A stretch of DNA of 64,000 nt from Pseudomonadota bacterium (GTDB lineage: Bacteria; Bdellovibrionota_B; Oligoflexia; Oligoflexales; CAIYRB01), in contig JANOTL010000040.1 in the NCBI GenBank assembly GCA_031416315.1, positions 1 through 64,000 of the forward strand, given 5' to 3'. Below, one piece after another: positions 22,127 through 31,189 of the stretch; the first letter of the stretch is position 1; the number at the start of each line of letters is the position of its first letter. The notes beneath the pieces are model-generated. The model ran no database searches and was not told the origin of the DNA. It saw nothing but the letters and a program-made list of their open reading frames with translations. A program made the translations under genes and the position numbers.

Positions 22127-23475
22127 GACATCAGGACGAGCTCTTCCGACGCCGTCGGATGGATCGCGACCGTCGCGTCGAGGTCAGCCTTCGTCGCGCC
22201 CATCTTGATGGCGATCGCGAGTCCCTGCAGCATCTCGTCCGCGCCGATCCCGAGCAAGTGCGCGCCGACGAGCCGCTCTTCCGCGCCGTGCGTGACGAGC
22301 TTCATCACCGTCGGCGTCTTTCGCGCCGTGAAGGCGTGGTACATGTTGGTGAAGCGCGTGGTGTAGACCTTCACCGCGGCATCGCCGAATCGCTCTCGTG
22401 CCTGCCGCTCCGTCAGCCCGATGGTGCCGATGGGCGGATGACTGAACACCACCGTCGGCACGTTCGTGTAATCGAGCTTCGCCGCGGTTTTCCCGCCAAA
22501 AAGCCGGTCGGCGAGGCGGCGCCCGGCGGCGATCGCCACCGGCGTGAGGTCGAGGCGCGCGAGCACGTCCCCGACCGCGTGGATGCCGGGCACCTCGGTG
22601 TTTTGCCAATCGTCGACGACGACCCCGCCCGTCTTCGCGTCGACGCGCACGCCCGCGTGCTCGAGCCCGAGGCCTTCCGTGTTCGGCTTGCGGCCGGTCG
22701 CCCAAAGGAGCGCTTCGACTTCGAGCGCCGCGTGATTCTGCGTCGTGACGCGCAGCGACGTGCCGCGGCGCTCGACCTTAGCGACCTCGGTGTGGGGCAT
22801 GAACGTCACGCCGGTCTTCGCCATCTCCTCGGTGAGCGTCACAGACATCAGCTCGTCGAACTCGCGCAAAACGCCGGCGGCGCGCGTCAGGATCGTGACC
22901 TTCGAGCCCAGCGCCGTCAGCACGCCGGCGAGCTCGACGCCGATGTAGCCGCCGCCGACCACCACAATGCTGGCTGGGAGCGCCTCGAGCGCGAAAAAGC
23001 CGTTCGAGTCGATGCCGAGCTCGTTTCCCGGCAGCTGCGGGCGCGTCGGACGGCCGCCGGTCGCGATCAAAATCGCCTTCGCGGTGAGCCGCCGGTCGCC
23101 GACCGCCACGGTCCGCGCGTCCAAAAACCGGGCCCGGCCGAGAATCCGCTCGACCTTCGAGGTTTCGAGCATGCGGGCGTAAATCCCGTTCAAGCGCTGC
23201 ACGTATGCGTCGCGTGCCGCCTTCAATGCAAGGAAATCGTGGGCCGGCATCTTTTCGAGCGCGAAGCCATAGTCCTTCGCGTCGTGCAGCATCTCGGCGA
23301 GGCTCGCCGCGTTCCACATGACTTTCTTCGGCACACAGCCGACGTTGACGCAGGTGCCGCCGAGAGCCGTATCGCTTTCGACGAGCGCGACCTTGGCGCC
23401 GTGGGCCGCTGCCCTTCGCGCCGAGGCGATGCCGCCGCTGCCGCCGCCGATGACGAGGTAATCGTAGGTTTGCAT
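22123..23475 (-). CDS. gor: Glutathione-disulfide reductase
   Basis: [38 protein letters not shown]. Confidence 0.96.
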   Translation of the reverse strand: MQTYDYLVIGGGSGGIASARRAAAHGAKVALVESDTALGGTCVNVGCVPKKVMWNAASLAEMLHDAKDYGFALEKMPAHDFLALKAARDAYVQRLNGIYARMLETSKVERILGRARFLDARTVAVGDRRLTAKAILIATGGRPTRPQLPGNELGIDSNGFFALEALPASIVVVGGGYIGVELAGVLTALGSKVTILTRAAGVLREFDELMSVTLTEEMAKTGVTFMPHTEVAKVERRGTSLRVTTQNHAALEVEALLWATGRKPNTEGLGLEHAGVRVDAKTGGVVVDDWQNTEVPGIHAVGDVLARLDLTPVAIAAGRRLADRLFGGKTAAKLDYTNVPTVVFSHPPIGTIGLTERQARERFGDAAVKVYTTRFTNMYHAFTARKTPTVMKLVTHGAEERLVGAHLLGIGADEMLQGLAIAIKMGATKADLDATVAIHPTASEELVLMS

Positions 23476-23627
23476 GCGGCCCAGTTTGTCACCGATTCCT
23501 GGACCATGCGAGAGAGTCCGAGAAGCTCGGGGCGGAGCGGCCGAGGCGGCGGCCCGGGCTCTGGACGCTCCCTAGATTTCGTCAGGAAAATCAACGTCAA
23601 TCGCGGTTGACCTGCGGGCGTCGCCGT

Positions 23628-24236
23628 CTAGGCGCAGGATCCAGGCTGCCGCTGAATCCCGCGATGCTCTCGCGTTCTCGCGACGAACAGGCTGAAGATC
23701 TTCAGGAGCGGCGCGCTGACGAGGGGGCCGTCGAGCGCTTCCAACGCGTAGGCGATCGCCTCCAAGGTCGCCAATCCCTCGGGGTGCGCCGCCGACCGGC
23801 GTCGCAAGCCGTAACGACTCGCCGGAGACTTCGCCAGGCACACGTCGATCTTCGCCGCGCCGGTTGGCAGCTCCCGTCGCAAGCGCTCCGCCTGCTTCCA
23901 GTTGCCGTCGGGAACGATGAGGCGCACTGGACCGCGCAGGGAAGCGCAAAATGGCCCGTCGAGCGGCTGAGCATGCTCGGCGGGAAACAGGAGGAGATGC
24001 GTCGCCGCCGGCGCGACCACGGCGCCGAAATCCACTGGAGCGCCTTTGACGCCGACGACATGCATCTCGGAGCCTATCAGACAACGCGCGGCCAGCCCGC
24101 CGGTGTTCGTCTTTTTGCGTAGCTCACGTTGCAGTATCAGAAGGACGAGCTGAATCCGCGTTTCGATGCGCGGCATCGAGCTGCAGAGACATAGACGCGA
24201 CGGCAACGAGCACTCGGAGCAGCGGCCCTCACCCAC
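23628..24236 (-). CDS. DTW-domain protein (TapT-like), copy 1
   Basis: CxxC..CxC N-terminus, TNTG, LLFP, PDGNW, LATLEA. Confidence 0.85.
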   Translation of the reverse strand: MGEGRCSECSLPSRLCLCSSMPRIETRIQLVLLILQRELRKKTNTGGLAARCLIGSEMHVVGVKGAPVDFGAVVAPAATHLLLFPAEHAQPLDGPFCASLRGPVRLIVPDGNWKQAERLRRELPTGAAKIDVCLAKSPASRYGLRRRSAAHPEGLATLEAIAYALEALDGPLVSAPLLKIFSLFVARTREHRGIQRQPGSCA

Positions 24237-24957
24237 AGGACTGCTGGGTCTTCTGCAGCTGCCGCGAGCGACGAAGCTCTTTCGCCGCCCGGTGCCGCAT
24301 GTCGCGGTCGACGTTCACGAAGCCGAGCTGCTGCTCCACCAGATACCGGAAAACGTCGATCAAAGCGTGATGCGCCGTCGAAGGCGAGGCCTCGGCACGC
24401 CGCAGTCGATCGATGACGAGGAAAATCGACTCGATCGTCGACAGATAGGCCGGATGCGGCTGCTTTCGGATCTGGAAGAAGGAGGCGCGGTCCGGCGTGA
24501 AGCGCACCATCGGAATCGCGCGCACGTTCGGGCTGAGCCGCAGCATCTTCGGCACCTGCGCCCACTTCGCGTCAAGGACCCAGAACGTCAGCGGTCGCGG
24601 ATCGCACGCGCCGGCCTCGAGCAGGCCTTCGATCGGCATCGCATCGCGACTCGGATAAAGAATGACGTTGCGCCGCGCGGGCGCCGCGATCAGGGCGTCG
24701 ACGCGGGCATTGCCGGCGAAGCTCCGACCGACGATGAGCTCCGAATTTTGTATGGACAGGTGCGCCATGCGCGCGGTCGCGATCGCGTTCCGCGCCTCGT
24801 CGTAGTGCTGGAGGATCACGAAAGACGCCGGCGCGACGAACGGTCGCAGGGCGTGGCAGTAGCACGTCGGCAAGGCCTTTCTGCACTGAGGACAGGTCTC
24901 TCGGTGCAAAGGCCCGACCAATGCTGCCCGACGTGCTTTGTACTCGGCGACGTTCAT
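24229..24957 (-). CDS. DTW-domain protein (TapT-like), copy 2
   Basis: CPQC..CYC, ILQHYDE, ILYP, LDAKW, IRKQP, LSTIES. Confidence 0.85.
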   Translation of the reverse strand: MNVAEYKARRAALVGPLHRETCPQCRKALPTCYCHALRPFVAPASFVILQHYDEARNAIATARMAHLSIQNSELIVGRSFAGNARVDALIAAPARRNVILYPSRDAMPIEGLLEAGACDPRPLTFWVLDAKWAQVPKMLRLSPNVRAIPMVRFTPDRASFFQIRKQPHPAYLSTIESIFLVIDRLRRAEASPSTAHHALIDVFRYLVEQQLGFVNVDRDMRHRAAKELRRSRQLQKTQQSCG

Positions 24958-24996
24958 AAGGTTTCACTCTAGCAGAAGGAGCAGGAGGGGGCAGCC

Positions 24997-25175
24997 TCAA
25001 GCCATGGCGAGGATTTTTTCCCGCACCGACCGTCCCTCGATGATTCCGACCACCAAAATGCCGATGGCGCGCTGAAGCAAGGCCTCCGCCTCTGCCGCGG
25101 TGGCTACGGCGACCTTGTCGCCGCCAGCGAGCACCTCGGTCAGCCGCTTTTTCATCTCGTGCAGTGCCTCGACAC
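24997..25175 (-). pseudogene. 3' remnant of an unknown helical protein
   Basis: VEALHEMKKRLTEVL...REKILAMA* is protein-like; the frame loses coding character past ~25175. Confidence 0.4.
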
Positions 25176-25681
25176 TCGCCGCCGCCGAGCGCGACCTCGC
25201 GCAAGCGCTGGTCACTGACGCCGCTGAGCCGATGGCCTTGATCTACCGCGCGATCGTCTTGGGCACGAGGGCTCAGTGGGCCGCGGCCGAAGCACACCTC
25301 GGCATCGCCCGCTCCGCCGCCGTCCAACGCCGTCTCGAAAGCAACATGCTCGACTTCATCGACCTTTGGATCGGCATCGCCCGCGCGTCCCAAGGACTCG
25401 ACGCGAGCTTTCCTATCGCTCCCGGCTCGACGAATCCTGAGTGGACCCAGCGCTTCGGCCGCCTTCTCGCGGGGCGCGCGAGCCTGCAAGAGCTGACGGC
25501 GCAGCTAGCGACGATCGCGAACGCGCAGCAGCGGCACGAGACCACCGCCGCGCTTCAGTTCTACGCGGGCGTCGAGGCGCGACTTCGCGGTGCCGAGGCG
25601 GAAGCTCGCGCCGCGTTTGCCGCGGCGGCCTCGCTCCGGGCCTACCGGCCGTTCGAGGGCGGGATCGCGGCGTTCTACTGA
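25175..25681 (+). pseudogene. 5'-truncated NlpI-like TPR protein
   Basis: AERDLAQAL..ALIYRAIV TPR and NlpI-like tail LQFYAG..EARAAF..FE; in-frame TGA at 25073 and no credible start. Confidence 0.55.
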
Positions 25682-25729
25682 CTCTCTTCCGCATGCGCCT
25701 CGAGGCGCGCCTCGGAGCGAGAAAAGCGG

Positions 25730-26188
25730 CTATCTCGTCGCTTTTTTCTTCTTCGGAAGCGCCTTCGCGACCTTCTTCGCCGTCTTTTTTGCGACCTTCT
25801 TCACGGTTTTTTTTACCGTCTTCTTCTTCGGCTCCCCAGAATCCAAGGCCTTCACCAGGGTCTTCGGCGCGATCGCGCGGTAACTCTCGTCGATCCAGGC
25901 TTTCAGCATCTCGACCGGCACGTCATTCCTCGCCTCGAAGCTCGCCGAGATCCAACCCGCCTTACCGAGCCCGTAGCCGGTCGGCTTGCAGAACGGCAGA
26001 TCGAGCGCCTCATACTTCGACTGCGGCAACTTCACGCTCAGCCCGACGGACGCCGTGTCTACGCCCATGAAGATGAAGACCTTCTTCGCGACCTTGACCA
26101 CCGTCTCGCCCCACGGGTGATCGACGAAGGTCCCCGGATACGTCAGCGCATGCGCTTTCAGAGCCTCGAAGGCTTTCTTCCCTTTCAC
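25730..26188 (-). CDS. MmcQ/YjbR-family protein with Lys-rich tail
   Basis: DHPWGETVVKV, YGLGKAGWI, WIDESYRAIAPK; KKTVKKTVKKVAKK tail. Confidence 0.85.
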   Translation of the reverse strand: MKGKKAFEALKAHALTYPGTFVDHPWGETVVKVAKKVFIFMGVDTASVGLSVKLPQSKYEALDLPFCKPTGYGLGKAGWISASFEARNDVPVEMLKAWIDESYRAIAPKTLVKALDSGEPKKKTVKKTVKKVAKKTAKKVAKALPKKKKATR

Positions 26189-26221
26189 GAGCTCTCCCTT
26201 AGGTCGTCAAAGAACCGCGCT

Positions 26222-27022
26222 CTAGGTCCGCTCGAGCACGACGATGTTCTCGCCGAGCGGCGGATTCGGCACGTATTCGCGCACGCGCACCGGGAGCCCG
26301 AAGCGGGTGGGCAAGGCCTCCATGAACTTCGCGAGCGAGTCCTTGTCCCAAACGTGGAAGTGGATGCTCATCTGCGTCTCTTTCACGACCTGCACGCGCT
26401 CTTCATGGCCGTTGCCCGGCTGCCCGAGCTCGACGATCTTCACGTATTCCTCGACGTGGTCGTCGTAGGACCACTTCGGCCCCTCGCGGAAATCGCGCTC
26501 CAAATGGTCGAGCGTCGTCAGCGGCCGGTTCTTGTCGAAGGTGAAATCCTTGTCGGGGACCGCCATGAACAGGCAGCCGCCCTTGCGCACCACCTCGAGA
26601 TGCCGCTTGATCGTGCCGACCGGATCCTGCGCGTGCTCGAGGAAATGGTTGGCGATGATGAAATCCTGGCTGTCCTTCGCGAACTTGTGCAGGCCCTCGC
26701 CGTCGTCGGCGACGTCGACGGTGATCTTCTGGCCTTTCAGCTCCGGGTAAGCTTCGTGGAGCTCGGCGAGCGACATGCGGTCGACGTACATCACCCGCGC
26801 GTGCCAGGGCACCGTCAGCGGTCGGTGCAAGGCGCCGATCTCGATGCCACGGCCCCGCAGATGCCGCTTGGCGACCATAGCCCGCGGATCGTCGTCGAGC
26901 ATCTTCCGCGCGACCTTGTGGTTCCGGTGATGCAGCGGGTGCAGGGTGCGATACACGCGGCCGAGGGTCGAATGCGCCCAGCGCGAGAACAGCTGAATTT
27001 CCGAGGGCATCGAGTTTTCCAT
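26222..27022 (-). CDS. Class I SAM-dependent methyltransferase
   Basis: GIEIGALHRPL, DFIIANHFLEH, AVPDKDFTFD, HFHVW. Confidence 0.85.
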   Translation of the reverse strand: MENSMPSEIQLFSRWAHSTLGRVYRTLHPLHHRNHKVARKMLDDDPRAMVAKRHLRGRGIEIGALHRPLTVPWHARVMYVDRMSLAELHEAYPELKGQKITVDVADDGEGLHKFAKDSQDFIIANHFLEHAQDPVGTIKRHLEVVRKGGCLFMAVPDKDFTFDKNRPLTTLDHLERDFREGPKWSYDDHVEEYVKIVELGQPGNGHEERVQVVKETQMSIHFHVWDKDSLAKFMEALPTRFGLPVRVREYVPNPPLGENIVVLERT

Positions 27023-27352
27023 AGCCCTAGGGCTTACTGGCCGCGAAGGCGGGCGTCCAGCCCAAAAAGGCAGGCCCCGCCACGATCTCTCGCAGCGGGG
27101 GAGCAAAAACCAAGCTCCATCGAACGGCTGGAAATGGCGGCAGTGCGGGGGATCCGGTCCAAAGAGCAGGAAGGTTGACCGGCACCGGGAAGACTTGGGG
27201 TAGGTCCAGTGCCCTACAAGAGACCCGGCTTCCCCCCGGTCGCCAGGCCCCTCGCAGCTTTCGGCCGAGACCGAAAACCTAAGGCGCACATGCACTGTGG
27301 CGCGGGGTTCGTGAAGATTCAACGGACAACGACTGACTTCCCGGCCGGCTTC

Positions 27353-27790
27353 TCAGCGGTCGAGCTTCCGGCAGCTCGCGTTGATCTCATCGACCGCTTC
27401 GCGTTCTTCCGTAGGATTGAGCGCGCGGTCATCGCAGAGATCCTTGTCTTCCAGCGTCACGCGCGAGCCGCAGTGCCCGATGCAATCGGAAGGAATGCGA
27501 GCTTCGAGCCACAGCGAATCGGCGCCGATCTTGCCCTTCGCGTGGTAGCTGGCGTCCTTCTCCACGACGTCGATCGGGAACATGCCCCACGCGCCGTCGT
27601 CGCCTTTCAGCCACACCGCATAGCCGGTGCGCGAGCGCACGGATTTGCCGAGGATGAAGTCGCGCGGCGTCTCTTCCTGCGTCGAGCAGATGAAGAAGGG
27701 GAAATCCTGGCCGCCTTCGGCTTCCGCCGCCGGCACCGTGAAAATCGCGGCCACCAGCGCGCCGAGCAGAGTTTTGGCGAGACACTTCAT
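27353..27790 (-). CDS. Secreted Cys-containing hypothetical protein
   Basis: Signal peptide ending AEA; ATGA overlap with the upstream regulator. Confidence 0.65.
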   Translation of the reverse strand: MKCLAKTLLGALVAAIFTVPAAEAEGGQDFPFFICSTQEETPRDFILGKSVRSRTGYAVWLKGDDGAWGMFPIDVVEKDASYHAKGKIGADSLWLEARIPSDCIGHCGSRVTLEDKDLCDDRALNPTEEREAVDEINASCRKLDR

Positions 27791-28758
27791 TGGGCAATCC
27801 TTAGGACGTAGTTGTTGCCGCGGAGAAACAGGGTGTGCGCTCGCACGTCGGCCGTGTCGAGCAACTTCCGCAGGCGTCCGATCGATTTGTACAGGCGATC
27901 GTCGTGCGTGATTGGGTTGTAGGCCGTGTCCCAAACATGACGGACGATCTCTTCTTTGCTCGCGCCAAGGTCACCGCGCGCTTCGAGGAAGTGGAAGAGG
28001 CAGCTCAAGGTCGGCCGGCGCAAGACGTCCTCCGGCAGGAAGCTCCGCCGGACGCTGTTTCCGCCCGGCATCCGCATCTCGTATGCGCCTTCGGCCGCCG
28101 TGAGACGCGGCTCGAGATCGCTGACGTTGCGGAAAAGCCGCGGCGTCCGCTCCGCCGACAGTTGCGCCTTCAACCGGCGCAAAGCCGGAACGGCGAGCTC
28201 GGGCATGCGCGTCGCATGCAGGAGCCGCACCCAACAAAGCTGACCCCAAAGGGAACGCAAGAGGCTCGGCGTGTCGCGCAGGACCAGATCCGCATCCTCC
28301 AAGCGTTGCTCCGCGACGGGAAATTGCCCGGCGTCGAGCGCGACCTGAAACATCATGAGGAGGCGCACGTGCTCGAGCTCGGCGTCGACGCCCTTCGCCT
28401 TTTCCAGCTCCGCGAGCGCGACGTCGGTCGCTCCGCGTGTGTACGCGAGGAACGCCATGCCCATGTGCCCGACCGGCGCGCTCGTCGCGTGTGCCGCATG
28501 AAACGCAGCCTCGATCGCCGCGCCGTCACCGCCGGCGAGGTACTGCGTCACGCCCAGGTGATACTGCAGCAGCGCATTCGCCGGAAAATCCCGCAGCGCC
28601 GCCTGCGCCGCGGCACGAGCCTCATCGGCACGGTCGAGCTCGCACAAGCACTTGATGCGAAGCACCGCGGCTTCGACGCTCGGAGGACTTTCGTCCAGGG
28701 TGCGCGTCGCGGCCGCCGGCTCGCCATTGTGGTACGCGTAGTGCGCGAGGTCCAACAC
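27787..28758 (-). CDS. TPR protein with C-terminal OmpR/PhoB-type winged helix
   Basis: TPR helices then SKEEIVRHVW..YNP..HDDRLYKSIGRLRKLL..YVL. Confidence 0.8.
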   Translation of the reverse strand: MLDLAHYAYHNGEPAAATRTLDESPPSVEAAVLRIKCLCELDRADEARAAAQAALRDFPANALLQYHLGVTQYLAGGDGAAIEAAFHAAHATSAPVGHMGMAFLAYTRGATDVALAELEKAKGVDAELEHVRLLMMFQVALDAGQFPVAEQRLEDADLVLRDTPSLLRSLWGQLCWVRLLHATRMPELAVPALRRLKAQLSAERTPRLFRNVSDLEPRLTAAEGAYEMRMPGGNSVRRSFLPEDVLRRPTLSCLFHFLEARGDLGASKEEIVRHVWDTAYNPITHDDRLYKSIGRLRKLLDTADVRAHTLFLRGNNYVLRIAQ

Positions 28759-28831
28759 AGCGTTTTCACTATCGAAAATTGGAGAACAGACGATGCTGGA
28801 CCGAGACTAGCGCGGCCCATCGACCGGTTCA

Positions 28832-28849
28832 ACTGACATTCACTGACAT
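28832..28849. promoter_or_regulatory. Tandem direct repeat, candidate wHTH binding site
   Basis: ACTGACAT-TC-ACTGACAT (10-bp period) ~75 bp upstream of the TPR-wHTH gene. Confidence 0.5.
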
Positions 28850-28963
28850 CGACCGGCGACGCGACCTTACGCGAAAACGTTCGCGGACCTGTAGTGCCGT
28901 TCATAAAAAAGCGATCGAGGCTCTCCTCGATCGCCATCGGAACGGGGGCTTTCGCCCGGTCGC

Positions 28964-29380
28964 TCAGGAACAGCTGACGGCCTGGCGGCAGTCGCGGCGG
29001 GAATGGCCGGCGCTCATGCAGGCTTGCACGACTTGGCGATGGGCGCGGAGGCGGCCACCGGCTTCGGCGGCGAAACGGTCGTGCTTCAGCGTGATCGTGC
29101 AGACGGTGCCGCGATCGCCTTGGCCGCCGTCTTGGCCGCCGTCACCCTGGCCGCCGTCCTGACCGCCGTCACCCTGGCCGCCGTCTTGGCCGCCGTCACC
29201 CTGACCGCCGTCTTGGCCGCCGTCACCCTGACCGCCGTCTTGGCCACCGTCTTGGCCACCGTCTTGGCCACCGTCTTGGCCGCCATCACCTTGGCCGCCA
29301 TCACCTTGGCCGCCTGCCGCATAGGACTGCAGACCGAAGATGCCGAGGCTCGCGACCAACAAGATCATGGATACTTTCAT
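28964..29380 (-). CDS. Small secreted protein with GGQ(G)D repeats and a 4-Cys C-terminal domain
   Basis: AGGAG RBS, signal peptide, 15 repeat units, C..C..C..C tail. Confidence 0.75.
   Translation of the reverse strand: MKVSMILLVASLGIFGLQSYAAGGQGDGGQGDGGQDGGQDGGQDGGQDGGQGDGGQDGGQGDGGQDGGQGDGGQDGGQGDGGQDGGQGDRGTVCTITLKHDRFAAEAGGRLRAHRQVVQACMSAGHSRRDCRQAVSCS
29114..29314 (-). repeat. Intragenic tandem repeat of 12- and 15-bp units
   Basis: Seven GGQGD and eight GGQD units (GGYGGCCAAGAC and GGCGGYCARGGYGAY). Confidence 0.9.
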
Positions 29381-29602
29381 TTTTATCTCTCCTGAGTGTG
29401 CAAAAGGGAGGGTTTCGTTCGCCGCCCTTACTTACCGCCGCGGAAGGCGCGAAAACCATGCGCGACGCGCCCTGCGGCCTCAAAGTGTTCGCAAACCCTC
29501 TGCCCCTGAGAACACATCCCTCGCCGATTGCCCGTCTCGCCTTCTCTCCGGATCGCCTCAGCGTTACACCTCCGTTCGCCAACAACTTGGAGATCGGCTC
29601 AC

Positions 29603-30733
29603 ATGCAACGCTTCATCCTCCCCATCATCGCCCTCGCCCTCAGCGCCTGCGGCGGCGCGTCCCATACGCAAGACTCCCAAACCAAGGAAGCCTGGAACGA
29701 GCGCAACGCCCCGTCGCGCCTCGGCGCCAACGCTAACGTTGCGTATGACTCGCTGCCGACTGCCGGGACTGCTACGACGCTCCCCTGGAGCGATGACTAC
29801 TGGGCCACGCGCTACGGCGGCGTATCGTTCCGCTGGCAGACGACCGCGCCCGGCGGCAGCTACCGCCAATACCTTTATGATCTCCCTTCTGCGAATCAGC
29901 TCGCGGGTTGGGACGAAGGCACGCTGAGCCGCCTCTCGCCCGCCGAGAAGTACGACCTCCTCAGTGGGCGCACCGACCTGCCGGTGACGCGCGCCGAGCG
30001 CCAGTCGATGCTCGGTAGCGTCCGCAACGGCGAAGTTCCCGATTGGCACGGCATCTGCCACGGTTGGGCACCCGCGTCCTACATGGAGCCGCAAGCGTTC
30101 CGTGCCGTCTCGCGTCGCTTGTCCGACGGCCGTAACGTGACCTTCCAGCCGAGCGACATCCACGCACTGATGTCCCGCTTCTATGCCGACTATCACTACG
30201 CCGGGAACACGCAGTTCCTCGGCACGCGCTGTGAACGCGACGGCACGGGTCGGTCGGGCGACGTCGCCTGCCGCGACGCCAACCCCGGCAGCTTCCATCT
30301 CGCCGTCGCGCACCAGCTGGCGACCGTCCGCTCGCCCTTCGTCGTCGAGCTCGACGACGGCGAGCAGATCTGGAATCACCCGGTCTACGGCTACGCGTTC
30401 AGTTACGGTAACTTCCGCCCCTTCCGCCGTCTAGGCGACATCGGCCGCGCGCGCTTCCGCGCTCCGGGCACAGCCTACCTCGTCGACGTGTCCATGCGCC
30501 TTCACTTCGCGACCGAGACGACCCCTTCGACGAGTGCGACTCAGACCGCGAGCCGAACGATCGACCTCTCCTACTCGCTAGAGCTCGACGCCGATCGCCG
30601 CGTCATCGGTGGCGAATGGGAAGGCAGCCACCCAGACTTCGCCTGGCGCATCACGCGTCAGCCGGTTGCGGGCGACCGCTACGGCAATCTGGACTACGCA
30701 ACCCTGCAGGATCTCCTGCGTTCAGCGCAATAA
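29603..30733 (+). CDS. Transglutaminase-elicitor-family (GP42-like) lipoprotein
   Basis: LSAC lipobox; WSDDYW, LSPAEKYD, WHGICHGW, NPGSFH, IWNHPVYGY, LELD..GGEW, HPDFAW. Confidence 0.85.
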   Translation: MQRFILPIIALALSACGGASHTQDSQTKEAWNERNAPSRLGANANVAYDSLPTAGTATTLPWSDDYWATRYGGVSFRWQTTAPGGSYRQYLYDLPSANQLAGWDEGTLSRLSPAEKYDLLSGRTDLPVTRAERQSMLGSVRNGEVPDWHGICHGWAPASYMEPQAFRAVSRRLSDGRNVTFQPSDIHALMSRFYADYHYAGNTQFLGTRCERDGTGRSGDVACRDANPGSFHLAVAHQLATVRSPFVVELDDGEQIWNHPVYGYAFSYGNFRPFRRLGDIGRARFRAPGTAYLVDVSMRLHFATETTPSTSATQTASRTIDLSYSLELDADRRVIGGEWEGSHPDFAWRITRQPVAGDRYGNLDYATLQDLLRSAQ

Positions 30734-30792
30734 AGTTGCAACAGAGTGCGGCCGCATGATACTTGGCCGCACCTTCTCGCGGAGATAGTCGC

Positions 30793-31185
30793 ATGAAAAG
30801 ACAAAATAAATTCATCGTGGTCGCCGCCTCCCTCGCCATCCTCGCGGGTGCCGCGGCCGCCGGCCCGCTCTTCCGCCGCGGCGTCGTCACGACCGAGCAC
30901 AACGGCAGCGACGTTTCCGTCCGCTTCCAGGGCGACGCTGCCGCCGATCTCTACGAGCACCTAGCGCAGACCAACGCAGCCGAGCGCTGGAGCACCGAAG
31001 ACGGCCGCATCGTCGACGTCATCATCGGCAGCAACGTCACCTGCGCCCATCAGCTTCGTCAGCGTCTGGGCATCGCTCGGAACGCGAAAGAAGCGTGGGC
31101 CTGTCAGGTCGAGATCGCCCAATACGGCGTCGCTGCCGCCGCGTCCGCCCCGCAAATCGTCAAGATCATCGGCGTCGAGAACTGA
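30793..31185 (+). CDS. Small secreted hypothetical protein
   Basis: GGAG RBS, signal peptide, GDAAADLYEHL, Cys pair. Confidence 0.65.
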   Translation: MKRQNKFIVVAASLAILAGAAAAGPLFRRGVVTTEHNGSDVSVRFQGDAAADLYEHLAQTNAAERWSTEDGRIVDVIIGSNVTCAHQLRQRLGIARNAKEAWACQVEIAQYGVAAAASAPQIVKIIGVEN

Positions 31186-31189
31186 GCCC

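Noticed and set aside
27140..27235. Cobalamin riboswitch or SRP RNA
   Set aside because: GGGAAG is present but GCCACTG, the B12-box order and the SRP helix-8 consensus are not
29114..29314. Possible CRISPR array
   Set aside because: Units are contiguous 12/15-bp in-frame coding repeats with no spacers and no cas genes
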